Below are positions 1 through 10,959 of a stretch of DNA of 64,000 nt, one piece after another (the stretch's first letter is position 1; each line of letters opens with the position of its first letter). Below the pieces are notes generated by a model. The model had not been told where the DNA came from. It did not search any database and saw nothing but the letters and a program-made list of their open reading frames with translations. The position numbers were made by a program, and so were the translations under genes. The stretch lies in assembly GCA_964019335.1 (NCBI GenBank), contig OZ025667.1:186001-250000 (forward strand). Reading direction: 5' to 3'. This stretch comes from Diplonema japonicum. Lineage: Eukaryota > Protista > Euglenozoa: Diplonemea.

Positions 1-1
1 C

Positions 2-590
2 ATTGTGTGTGGAGCTGGGATTTTCTCGGTGTCGTTCTTTGTATTTGGCGCTGTGGCGGGCAGGGAAAAGTGCAAGCTCGGGGCGTCTGGAGTAGTGTTG
101 ACCATTGGAACAATTTTGATCGTCGTGCTAAGCATCATTATCCATGCAATGGCAAACAATGCTTCAGATGGTGCTGACAGGCCTCAAAATGCTACAGCAG
201 AGTGGGAAGCTATTGACATCGATGAGATTGGCGTAAATATCAAGTGGATGGAGCACCTCCGGGACCTGTGGAAGACGGGGTCCCGTTCCTCCCCGAAGAT
301 CATCTGCAAGTTCCAGGAGGAGATGAAATGCTCTGGTTTCCAGAAGTCGTGCTACAACATTGGTTCGAACAGTAGTTATTGCCCTGCAGACTGCAAGATA
401 GGGAACACTTATGTGAACCCCTGCATGAACGTGCTTCAAAGAAAGCTTGCGAAGAACTTCAAAACCGCAAGCGCGGTCACTGTTGCTGTGTCGGCCACTC
501 TTGGGTGCGGTGCTATTCTAGTGTGGTGGTTGTTCGGCTCATTATTCTGTTGCGCGAATAAGTCAGCTAACGAATATAGGTATGATTTTT

Positions 591-645
<55 letters not shown>

Positions 646-759
646 GCTTACAATAACCCTGCCAAGCCACCTCCACCAAACTTCGCTCGCCCTCAGCAGG
701 GGAACCACCACCGCCCGCCGCCCCCCCATGGTCAGTCCATCGAAATGGGGACTATTTAA
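2..759 (+). CDS. Tetraspanin-like membrane protein (5'-partial), 1 intron (580-644)
   Basis: TM segments flank a Cys-rich loop (FQEEMKCSG...C...C...C...PC). Removing GTATGA..(A)52..G joins EY-S-AYNNPAKPPPP... to TAA at 757-759. Confidence 0.65.
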
Positions 760-1312
760 AAGTGAGGATAATGAGGGGAATGAAGAACAAAAAAAAGAAG
801 CCAGTTAGAATAGACCAGCGTATTACCCCTGTTTTTTTCTTTAACAGTACCCGATTCGGTAACCCGCCTTGACTGGCGGGGCACAGAAGGGAATGTGCAC
901 TCAGTTATAAAATTGAATTGGGCAAAAAAAAAAAAAGTGAGTAGGGACCGGGGGGGAAAAAAGAATTTTCCTTTGTTTTTTTTTTTCTTCTTCTTATCCC
1001 TACCCACTCCCCTTTACTTGACCTATCAGTTTTCTCTTAGGAAAAACAAAAAAAACAGAATTCTTAACAGAACCAAGAAAAAGAGAGAGAAAAGTAATTT
1101 TACAGGTGTAGAATGAAAGAAACAGAATTAGAAGAAGAGGGGGGAAACATAAAAAGAAAACCCAACTCGATTATTGCCCCCCCTATGTGCTGGGCCCCTT
1201 ACTCTATTTTGCCTCGGCCACCCCTCCCCCCCTTGGAAGAAAAAACGGAAGCTGATTTGTTTCACGTATTACTATTTATATTCTCTTTTTTTTTTCCAAG
1301 GAGCAGCAAGAC

Positions 1313-1577
1313 CTTTGGCTGGTCTAGGTGTGTAACGACACCTCCCCTTAAGCGAGTCATTTCACGGAAGTCTGTGCCAGGGTGACGGGTGCTCGACAGA
1401 GACAAAATAAGGGCAAAACCTTGGCCGACTGCCAGGCACGCCATGTCTGAGAGGTGGCGCCGCACAGGATAGAAGCTCACTCCAATGTGTCGTTAGGCTA
1501 CAAACACCCCACCCATGGTAGTCGTACTGAGCGCCGTTTGACTTGTGTTACTTTGATGACTTAAAAGATCGAGTTTT
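1313..1577 (+). mobile_element. SINE/RIME-like non-autonomous retroposon, copy 1
   Basis: Shares blocks (ggtctaggtgtgtaacgacac; aaaccttggccga; cgccatgtctgagaggtggcgccgcacaggatagaagctcactccaatgtgtcgttag) with 10960-11232 (-) and 49031-49214 (+). Ends GATCGAG-TTTT. Confidence 0.7.
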
Positions 1578-1807
1578 CTTCTTTTTCTTTCGCAGACGCT
1601 GATGAGCGAAAGAGAAAAAAGGGAGCATAAAGGATAGACCCCCCCCCCCCCCCCAACGGGTGGTCATCAAGTGAGATCTGCCCTTAAGCATCGCCTTATT
1701 TTTAAAGCCCCCCTTCCTGTTCTTTCTTCCTAAATGTTTTTATGTGTCGTTTATCTTAGCTTAGTGTGGACAGAATACCCCTGAACAGGTGACGACATCA
1801 GAAAGAA

Positions 1808-3280
1808 ATGGTGCCAGGGGTCAGTGGCTCCTCTGGGAAGGCACTAGTGACAGTGGTTGAGCTGAGACATCTTGCAGTAGAGCTTGTAGGCAAGGTGGTG
1901 GTGGGAGTAGGGGTGAATGGACAGAAAGGGCAGACGGAAGTACCTGACGGGAGGGATACGTACTGGGGCAGCCAGTTCAGCTTCATGTGGGACGCAGCGA
2001 GCGTGAGGGGAAGGGTCCTCATTGTGGAGCTCTTACGGGAGGTGGATGGCAGTGTGCTTGCGGAATGCAGGCTGGACCTCAGGAGGAAGTGGGAAGACTA
2101 CAAATGGTGTGATTTCATAGCGCACGACCGCCGCGTGGGTTCCATATGCCTGGAGTGCGACACAGACACCTCAGCGCCCTCCTCTCACACCCGCACCGTA
2201 CCTGAGGAGGTCCGGTGGGAGCACCTCGACATCCCACACCCTCAGACACCCCGTTCCGACGGGGGTTCCTCACCCATCTACACAGCCCGCACCTCCACTA
2301 CTGTTAACAACCCTCCCGCCTCCCTCTCGCCGCCTATCAGAGCTATCTCACGCGATGCCTCTACGCCCCGACAGGAATCGTTCTACAAGGAACAGCTGAA
2401 TGACGTCGTGGCGGGGCTGAGGCATGTGTACAGCACACTGCCTGCAGGCGACGCGGTGCTACGGAGGCAGATCGAGCTGCTGATGGCGAAGGCAGGCGCA
2501 CCTCTGGACACGATACCAAAGACGGACGACAGGAGGGAGATCAAGGAGAAAGAGAAGGAACCGAAGAGACTGTTAACGAAGCCCGTGTCGAAGCGGTCGT
2601 GCTCAACGAGAGAGCGGTCGAAGTCGAACCCAAGGAGCAACACGCGCAACGCAACGCCGGTGAGGACGCTGGTACCTAGGTCGAAAAGGAGGACGTCATC
2701 TGTGGGGATGCCACAAAGGCAGTTGATCCCGCTCCGGGAGGTGGCACAGGTAGATGGGAGAGGGCGCAGGGGCACCAGGTCCCCCCTTCCAACAAGGGAC
2801 AGAGAGAAGACACCCGGCCCTGTGCTCATGAAGTACGTCGACCGGCACCAAGACCCTTCAGCCTCCATTGGGAGCACACAGTCCGCACCTGCTTTCAGAA
2901 GAGCAGCCAACGGTGTGCCAGCACTTGTGAGGCGGTACGGGGCAGCTACACCTTCGGACTCTATATCATCAACAAAAACAGCCCCTGTGCATCGCAGCAG
3001 GGTAGGCTGCGCCCCTCATAGTGTGTCTGTGAACCGCACCCGGCCAAAACCGCTTCCACCCCCGCCATCGCCTATCTCTGAAGTAACGGAGCTCCGGTTG
3101 CCCTCGAAGCCCAGGGAGCCCAGCGAACCTCCCGTCACCAGCATCGTCCTTAACCCCCGAGCCAGGGAGCGTGATAACCTCCTAGCTGCCCTTCTCAACA
3201 ACCAGACGCAGTCCATATGCTGCAATGAGTCGGAGTTGTCGTTCGAAGATCTCGAGGAGCTTGTGGGTGTTGCTTATTAG
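1808..3280 (+). CDS. Protein with N-terminal C2-like domain and long Ser/Pro/Arg-rich disordered region
   Basis: 490-aa ORF with a C2-like beta-strand pattern (VTVVELRHL...QTEV...YWGSQFSF...LIVEL...VGSICLEC). Confidence 0.6.
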   Translation: MVPGVSGSSGKALVTVVELRHLAVELVGKVVVGVGVNGQKGQTEVPDGRDTYWGSQFSFMWDAASVRGRVLIVELLREVDGSVLAECRLDLRRKWEDYKWCDFIAHDRRVGSICLECDTDTSAPSSHTRTVPEEVRWEHLDIPHPQTPRSDGGSSPIYTARTSTTVNNPPASLSPPIRAISRDASTPRQESFYKEQLNDVVAGLRHVYSTLPAGDAVLRRQIELLMAKAGAPLDTIPKTDDRREIKEKEKEPKRLLTKPVSKRSCSTRERSKSNPRSNTRNATPVRTLVPRSKRRTSSVGMPQRQLIPLREVAQVDGRGRRGTRSPLPTRDREKTPGPVLMKYVDRHQDPSASIGSTQSAPAFRRAANGVPALVRRYGAATPSDSISSTKTAPVHRSRVGCAPHSVSVNRTRPKPLPPPPSPISEVTELRLPSKPREPSEPPVTSIVLNPRARERDNLLAALLNNQTQSICCNESELSFEDLEELVGVAY

Positions 3281-4348
3281 ATTGTTTTTCTTTCTTCTCC
3301 CCCTCCCCTGTAATCAAGTAGACGGTTGTCTGGGCAGGGAGCCCTGTAGCGATAAAAGTGGCATCCCCCCCTCTTTTTTATTATGATTATTTATTATTTT
3401 TAAGGGTTTTAACAACGAAGCCATTACCATCCGCTAGTGCGCAACAAAATAAAAGGAAAAGCGCTACTTTTTTTTTTAAAAAAAAAAGATTTTTTTTTTT
3501 TTACCCTCTTTCTTTTTTTTTCTTGTTTATTTGTATAGAAGAAAAGAAGACCTTTTTTTTTTTGTTCAAATCATTTTTTTTAAAGTTCCCCCCCCCCCTT
3601 TCTCTACGTAATGTTATGGTAATTAAGTTCGTTCTTTTTTTTTTTTTCCCCTTTTTTCTTTCTTTCTATTGGGTTGTTGCGCATCGACAAAAAAAAGAAG
3701 GAATTCTTGGTGCCTGGCATGCTTGTTTCGCTTTTCTCTCTCTCTTTTTTTTTTTTTCTCTGAGTGTTTTCCCTCCCATTCCACCTTTCTCCAAAAATGA
3801 GGTTCCCCAGAGCTGTTCCTGTTTTGTAACGGGCGGGGCGTCGTGGGAAAATGAAAAATAATTAATGATGAGGGGTGTAGCTGTGTCTAGATTATTTCCC
3901 CCTCTCACTCCCCCCCCCCCCTTTTTTTTATCAGGCTGTAAATGCCAGACTTTTTGATTTATTGGCATGTTTTAGATTAGCTTTGTTACGTGCAATTGAT
4001 AGGTATCTATAAGACCAGTAATGTAATGTTGGCGGGGAGACTTTGACCAACCGTTCGATTTAGAAGGGGAAAAAAAAAAGAAACCAAGCCCTTCCTTTCG
4101 CATCCTTCTTGTTTTCTCCCCCCCCCCCCCCATGTACACTGTCAGCAAAAAAAAAGAAAGGGAGGGCAAGGGAAGGAAGAAAACTTTTCTAATAATAATT
4201 TTCATAATGTTTTTAAACACAGCATAAGAAGCAAAAAAAAAGAAAAAAAGAAAACCTTTCTGCCCTTTTTTTTACCCCCCCTTTTTTTCCCCCCTTTGTT
4301 CTCCATCCATGTCTCACTGCCCTTACCATCCCCGCCTTTCCCCCATTT

Positions 4349-4405
<57 letters not shown>

Positions 4406-4497
4406 AAGACATTAGAACTTGTCATCCTTGTAGCGAGCAAAGAATTAAAATTTTCACGTTTTTCTTTTTTAATTCCCTGCCTTCTTGCTCGAGCGGG

Positions 4498-4541
<44 letters not shown>

Positions 4542-4719
4542 AAAAAGTTTTTGTTTTTGTTTCCCCCTTTTTTTTGTTCACACCCTTCTCCACCCTAATT
4601 TTTTTCTCCTTATTTCCCCCCCCTTCACCCACCTTCTTTTTTTTTTTATTTCCCACTTCCTTGTCCATGTGTGTATTTAATTAAAAAAAAAGGTCCCCCC
4701 CCATTCCCCACAATGCACA

Positions 4720-5499
4720 ATGAAACCCGACAAAATAGAAAGATTTAAGAAGGTACACAAAGCTTTCTTAGATGGAAAGAAAAGGCCGTTTTCGATATTA
4801 GATGTGGAGGCTATAATGAAGGTAATGGAAGGTGGTGGGTTGGACAGCGCATGCAACGAACTTGGTCTCAGAGCAGCCTCCGGGGTCAGAGAATCCTGCC
4901 TCGACCACGCACAGAGAATCGCCTCTGTCTTAAAAAACGTAACGCACCCCACCACGGGCCTGTACAACAATGCGCTGCATTACAACGCAAGGATAGGCGA
5001 CATTCCTGGGGCCTACGATGTCTTGGCTTTGATGGGTGAAAACAGGGTTTTGCTGAACTCTCGGACTCACGTGGAGCTGATTACCTTATACAGGCGACAC
5101 CAGTGCAAGAAGGAAGCGTTGTTCTCCCTGAACTACCTCTTCTCACATGGCTTCCCGTGGAGCATCACCATGGGCGTACAAACTTTTGTGACAATGAAAT
5201 CCGTCTCGTACTCTGAAGCCTTCTCCGTCGTGTCCAAGGTAGTCGATCAGTCCCTGTCCCCCTCACATTCTACTTGGATATCACTATGCAACATCGCAGC
5301 AAGGGAATACCCTAAAGGAGACCGTCTTGACACCGTCTTCGCGTTGATGCACCGAGCAGGGGCTATTCCCAACAAGCAGCATTACAGCATATTGCTGAAA
5401 AGCATCTCGCGGGAGGTGGGGAGGGACAAGGCAAAGGAGATCGCCGAGGGAAAAGGCCGCTGGGATCCCGAGTACATCAAAGCATTAGAACTTATTTGA
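4720..5499 (+). CDS. Pentatricopeptide repeat (PPR)-like protein
   Basis: PPR-type motifs: YNNALHYNARIGDIPGAYDVLALMGENRVLLN; VFALMHRAGAIPNKQHYSILLK. Confidence 0.7.
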   Translation: MKPDKIERFKKVHKAFLDGKKRPFSILDVEAIMKVMEGGGLDSACNELGLRAASGVRESCLDHAQRIASVLKNVTHPTTGLYNNALHYNARIGDIPGAYDVLALMGENRVLLNSRTHVELITLYRRHQCKKEALFSLNYLFSHGFPWSITMGVQTFVTMKSVSYSEAFSVVSKVVDQSLSPSHSTWISLCNIAAREYPKGDRLDTVFALMHRAGAIPNKQHYSILLKSISREVGRDKAKEIAEGKGRWDPEYIKALELI

Positions 5500-5514
5500 T
5501 GTCCTTCCCCCCCC

Positions 5515-5613
5515 CAGGGCTATGCTGGCATGGAAACGCGTTTCCATGCATTTTTTGAAAAAAAGGGAAACGGAAACGGAAACGTTTCCACGTTTCCTGC
5601 CAGCATAGCCCTG
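5515..5613. mobile_element. Short MITE family A, copy 1
   Basis: TIR CAGGGCTATGCTGGCA...TGCCAGCATAGCCCTG with internal GGAAAC repeats. Homologous (inverted) to 38804-38972. Confidence 0.8.
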
Positions 5614-6230
5614 GGGGGGGGTGTTAAAAAAACGTGGTTAAACGTGAAAAAAAAAAAGTTTTTTAAAAAGTTTTCCCCTAAGGTAAAAAAAACCGCCCAA
5701 TACCCTCCAAATTAACCAAAAAATCAAAATTCGCCGGATTAGAGCATTTCTGAGCACTTGTTAATGCTTTATCTGCATTTTTGAAAACAGTGACCACGGT
5801 TTGGTACCTGAAATATTTGCAAAAACAAACTTACCATCCTAACCTCGGGAGAATGATAGATATTCATCAGAAATGCCGCGCAAAACACAGAAAAGTTCAT
5901 AATCGCAATGTAAGACAGTACTCTGCCGTTCAAACGGTAGCGGCGTCCTAAAGAGCCGCGTTCAAAGGGTGGAACAAACCATGGTCAAATTCTAAAATTT
6001 TCAGAAAACTCAGAAACTACGGGGGAGATTACAGGCCAGGTACCAAACCGTGGTCACCAGTTTTAAAAATGCAAAATAATGCCTCGTAGGTGCCCAAAAG
6101 TGAAAAGTACCGGGCGGGAATCGATTTTTTGGTCGAGAAAGGGGTGTTTTACATGGTTTAAGCGGCTCCAGTGTTCTGCATTTCCGAATTTGAAAAAACC
6201 CACTTTACCACCCCCATGTGACCCCCCCTA
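5613..6230. mobile_element. Foldback/MITE family B, degenerate copy
   Basis: Internal inverted repeat tgcatttttgaaaacagtgaccacggtttggtacctg (~5774-5810) vs caggtaccaaaccgtggtcaccagttttaaaaatgca (~6037-6073). Right end ATGTGACCCCCCC-TA resembles the end at 39401-39414. Confidence 0.6.
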
Positions 6231-6352
6231 ACCCCCCTCCCCCCCTCCCCGTTGGCTTATCAGAAAATATAACACAAAAAAAAAAAAAGGAATCCTGGTT
6301 GGGAGAGGGGGAGGGAGAGAAGAAAAAAAAAAATTAATTAAAAAAAAGAAAA

Positions 6353-7024
6353 ATGATGCGAATTTGTGTAGTATGCGGGGCAACTGGCTTAGAAGAGACT
6401 GGCAAATCAAGACGGAGCGGTTTCAAGTGCAGAGGGTGTGTTGGAAAGAGCTCCTCGCAAGCGTTGCGGGAAATTGCGGGGAGCAGCGAGAAGTACAGAG
6501 AAATGTTCCAGACGCTAGGGTACGGGTACAAACAGCCAGTTGAATGGGTAGTAGATGGGAAACTTGTTAAGGGTGTGGTCCGTGGATCAGACTCCGGCAT
6601 GTGGCAAACAGGGGAATCTCTCACCGTCTCTATTATTGACGATCACGACGGGGAACGAAAGGTAACTGTGCCTACATCCAGTCTCGCACCAACTATCGGA
6701 CACAGCATGCAGTTCACAGATAGCCGCAGAGGGAGCTACAAGATCAGCCTTACTGCTGCTGATGGCCATATTTTGTATAAAGTGCTGGTGAAGGGAAATT
6801 CTCAAACTGAATATAAGGTCACCAAGGTACAGTATATGTCAGAATCAGGGTCGTTGATCTTCCCCGAGCTCGATCCCACTAGTAAAATATGGCTTCCCCC
6901 GTCTGGGCCGACATGGAAATCGCTTGCGCCGACCCTTTGGCACCTCAACCAGATTGCCTCTGCTTCGCGGATCACGCATAACATACCAGCGGAGCTTCAT
7001 AGAGGTGCTGCTTCGACTTCTTGA
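6353..7024 (+). CDS. Hypothetical protein with N-terminal CxxC...CxxC motif
   Basis: 223-aa ORF of normal complexity between homopolymer spacers, with an A-rich context before the ATG. Confidence 0.65.
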   Translation: MMRICVVCGATGLEETGKSRRSGFKCRGCVGKSSSQALREIAGSSEKYREMFQTLGYGYKQPVEWVVDGKLVKGVVRGSDSGMWQTGESLTVSIIDDHDGERKVTVPTSSLAPTIGHSMQFTDSRRGSYKISLTAADGHILYKVLVKGNSQTEYKVTKVQYMSESGSLIFPELDPTSKIWLPPSGPTWKSLAPTLWHLNQIASASRITHNIPAELHRGAASTS

Positions 7025-8294
7025 AATAAATAAGGAGGAAAGGGGGGGGGGGGGGGGGAACAATAATAAAAAAGATAAAAAAAAAACGAAAAAGAAAAAA
7101 AAAGGGGGGATTCTGCCCCCCCCCCCCCCCCCCCTTTCCTCATAGTTGTTCGACGGTGAGATGTGTCTCCCCTCGTGAAACAGGAAAAAAAGAAAGAGAG
7201 AAAAAAAAGAAAGAAAAGAAATTACCGCCAATATGGATTCGCTGGTGGACGTCTGCGGTCTGCCACATAACTATGAAAGCTGATGTGTTGAGCTTGGGTC
7301 TAGTTAGGTGTGAGTCTCCGTGAGGCGCTAGTGAAGACCCTTCTCAACTAGTTTAAGGGTTTGCTCTGCTGTGGACTCCCCTCTCTTCTCCCTTGAGCAA
7401 TAGGTTTCTAAAAAAGAAAAAAGAAAAAAAAAGAGAAAAGAAGAAAAAAAAAAAAGAAGGGAGTTATAGGTTTGTTTCCCCTTGTTTTGCCCCCCTCCCC
7501 CCCTCCCTCCCTCCCTCAGATACTTTACGTTTCTTTCTTCTCTCCTCCCACCGTGCTCCATTTCCCTTTTACTCCCCTCAGAGAAAAAAAAAAAGAAGAA
7601 GAAAAAAAGAAAAAAAAAGGTGGGGGAGGGAAACGAATAAAAGAAGAAGTAGAAATGGCCTCCTATCTCTTATATTGATATATATATTTTTAAGGGGGCA
7701 GCAAAGACTTTTAGCCTCCAGGCAAGTCCAAGGTGGGTAGCAACACCTGACGATTCCTGAGACAGGACTGTGAGGTGTTAGCCTGCCTAGAGCCATTGCA
7801 CTCCAAAATAAAAAATAAAATGTGCCTGGGCGTCGCTGGCTTTGGACGGGCGTTGTGGCCGGTTTGTAGCACGGTAGAAGGTTTCTTTTTCTTCTTTTTT
7901 ATTTATTTATTTATTTATTTATGTATCAAGCATTCCCAGGGGAAGGATGTACTTCATATTAAGGAAAAAAAGATTTTTTTCCAACTCGTGCGACAGATTA
8001 TTTCAGCATTTTCTTTCCCCCCCCGTCTTCTTTCTTGAGGGTCGTTGCCTAGGTGTGCATGGTCGTGTTTTATATTTCAAGGCAGGAGTATTTGCTACTT
8101 GTCAAGACAAAGAAAATGGGGAAACCATTTTCAACCTGTTTGCACATACAACGGTAAGTTCTTTTTTTTGTTTTTTGTTTTTTTGTTTTTTCTCCCCCTT
8201 CTTCTTCACCTTTATGTAAATCAAGAGAATTACTTCACTGAGAATATTCCCTCCGTCCATTCAATTTTCGGGTGATTTCTTTCTTTTTTTTTTC

Positions 8295-8741
8295 TTTATT
8301 TCACTCTTCGTCATTTTCTTCACTCACTAGGGGCCTCATTATTTAACGCGAAATCGCCATTATTTAACTAGTTAAATAATGAGATTTTGCAGTTAAATAA
8401 TGGCCCTTCAGAGTGGAAAAATGAGTCTCGCCGTGGAAAAAAATGCACCCAACCCCTTGAAAAATTTTTTTGGGGTGGGGGTATTTTGACTATTTTTGGC
8501 CATCTGAGGCCATTCCAGCCCTTAAAAGTGGGAATAAGCGCCTTACTTCCCCTTTAAATGCCACGGCGAAATAGCAACCCCATATTACCTTGGGAAACTC
8601 CCCAAAAAGGCTGACCTGCGTGAAAAAAAACAGCAGTGAAAGCAGTGAAGAGTGAGTGACTCAAATGACGAAGAGTGAAATAAAACGACTTACTTGCCGC
8701 CAAATGACTCATAATTTGTTGGCAATAAATAGTTATTTTTT
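8295..8741 (+). mobile_element. Helentron/HINE-like non-autonomous element, copy 1
   Basis: Perfect 22-bp subterminal inverted repeat (8295-8316 / 8663-8684), then a 3' hairpin (ttgccgccaaat..atttgttggcaa) and T-rich flanks. Homologous to 19175-19860 and 54064-54372. Confidence 0.6.
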
Positions 8742-8863
8742 GCAAGAACCTCTTTTGACGTTCTAACAAAAGGGGAACGTTGGCAACATGTTTACGGGTT
8801 TTATGAACTACTCCAGGTTCTCCACCCACGGTGCACACAAACAAGGCCAGTTTCCTGTTTCTT

Positions 8864-8894
<31 letters not shown>

Positions 8895-10959
8895 CTTTTT
8901 TAGAAAGGGGACAGGAGAGGCGACCTTCGGCACCAAGAAAGAATGGCACAAAGAAAAAAAAAATCAAACTGTCAGGAAAGAAAGTTGCTAAACGTGAGAT
9001 CATTCTACTTTTTTTCCTCTTTTCTTTGCAGAAAGGGGGGTGGGGAGGGGGGAAGAGGGGGGGAAAGCACTACCCCTCCCCCTAACTCTTTTTGTTCTCT
9101 CGCTTCTCCAGCGTCACCGAAAATGAAAGGAGTGTGACAAGCTAGACTACAGAATCTACTAGTAAGGGTGAACGCAAGAGCGGGTGTGTGTACATGGCAA
9201 GTCTTTTTTTCTTCTTCTTCTTTGGGAGGGTAAGTTCTACTTGTCCGTTTCCGCATTGCAGTCTCCAATTACATAATATTATCAAATTGCCGCTCTTTCC
9301 CCCCCCCCCCTTTTTTTAAATCACTTCCGCTGCTCCCCCCTCCCCCCCCTTCTTTTTTGTTTCCTTTTCTTTACTGTAAAGAAGAAATTTTCCAACATTC
9401 AAAAAAAAAATGAAAAGAATCTTTCTTTATGGGGGGTTGGGGCTGGTCCAATGGTCAGGGTTTTTTTTTTTTTTCTTTTTTTTTTTTTGCTGTCCTTTAT
9501 TTTTTTTGTCATCTCAAAGCCTCCTTTTTTTTTTTGGGTAAAATACACAAAGTGACCCAACTTTTTGAAAGAAAAAAAAAGGTACAACAACTACGATGAT
9601 GACGATGGAATGGTTTGCCCGTCATGGGGTCCCCCCCCCCCCCCCCCCCCCCATTGTGCCCGAACTCAGTTTGAGGAGGCCAAGCAGGCAAAGGTTGTAC
9701 CATGCTTAAAGAAGTTAGGGTCACTTTTTGTACATTGTGAAAAGCAAGGTGCCGTAAATACTTTACCCTCATTTTTTTTTTCTTTTATAACGGCACCAAG
9801 ATGGATTTGAAGAAACCTACCAACCTGTGCTGTGGAAATACAACAAGGGGGGGGGGAAAAAAAGAAAAGAAAAGGAGAAAAAAAAACTAGGCAGATGCGG
9901 TCCGTTCCCCGCTGTTTTTTATTTGGATGAAATATTCAAAGAGCGAAGCATGCAGCATAGCTAGCATGCTAAAGTTTGGACCGGGGAACAGGATTGGTAC
10001 GTTATCGATCAGCCTGAGAGTCTTACTTTCAATGCAATCGACGGTGTAAAAAGTTTTTTTTTTCTCGGGGTTATATTACTTGCTTTTAAAAGGGAGAAGA
10101 AAAAAAAAGAAGAAGAAACCCATTACGCCTGAATATCAAAAAAAAAAAGCTTAGTTTTTCCCTCACTGCTTTTTTTTTTTTTTTTTTTTTTTTTATGTAT
10201 AGAGCTTTATAAAAGTAACAGTGTTCTCCTCTTTTTTTTTTCTTCTTCCTTTTCTTTTTTTGTTCACGCTCCGTGTCTCTAAATCCCGCAAAGGTGTAGA
10301 GGGAATTTGTGAAGATTATTCCCCATTTTTGCAGGGTTTAGAGATATGTGGCGTCATTTTTTGTCATTGCACGCCTAATGCCACCTAGTGTTGCAATCAA
10401 AGCCCCATTTTTTTTTTGTTATTGTAATTGCGCGTTTTATTTGAACAACAACAAAAAAAAAAAAACGAAGGATACTGGAATGACTAAAATAAAAAAATAA
10501 AAGAGGTTCCCCTCCCCCATTCTCTTTTTCTTCTCGTTGTGCACATAAAGAATGACTACACATATTCAATATTGAGTTTTCTCTTTTATTTTTATTTTAT
10601 TTTTTATATTTTATTTTTGTCTGTTACGAATGTTGGCATGATATTCTTCAAGATTTGTTCCTACTTTGTCACCTCCCCCTTTCGGTTTTCCCTGTCATGA
10701 TTTTTTTAAACTCTCTTCTTTGGCATGTTTTTTTCCCCCCCCTCCTGTCTGGAAAGGTGTAGTTGCGGGACGGGGGGGGGAAAAAAAAAGAAGAAGAAAA
10801 TGGAAAGGTAAATAGGTTTTTTTTTTTTTTTTTCGCCACGCGAAACGAATTTTATACAGATCTTTTTTATTAGTAGCCCCCCCCCCCCCCCCCCCCCGAG
10901 GCATATAATGCATCCTATTTAGAATTTTAGGAGGTTTAGGTTTTAGGATTTCCTAAAAG

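Noticed and set aside
1313-1500. Complete HDV-like ribozyme or ingi 79-bp signature
   Set aside because: Only partial matches (GTGCCAGGGT, CCAAT); P1 does not follow P3 as required, so it is kept only as a hypothesis.
3358-4680. Many short ORFs rich in poly-Phe/Lys/Pro/Gly here and in other spacers
   Set aside because: Translations of homopolymer runs, not coding.
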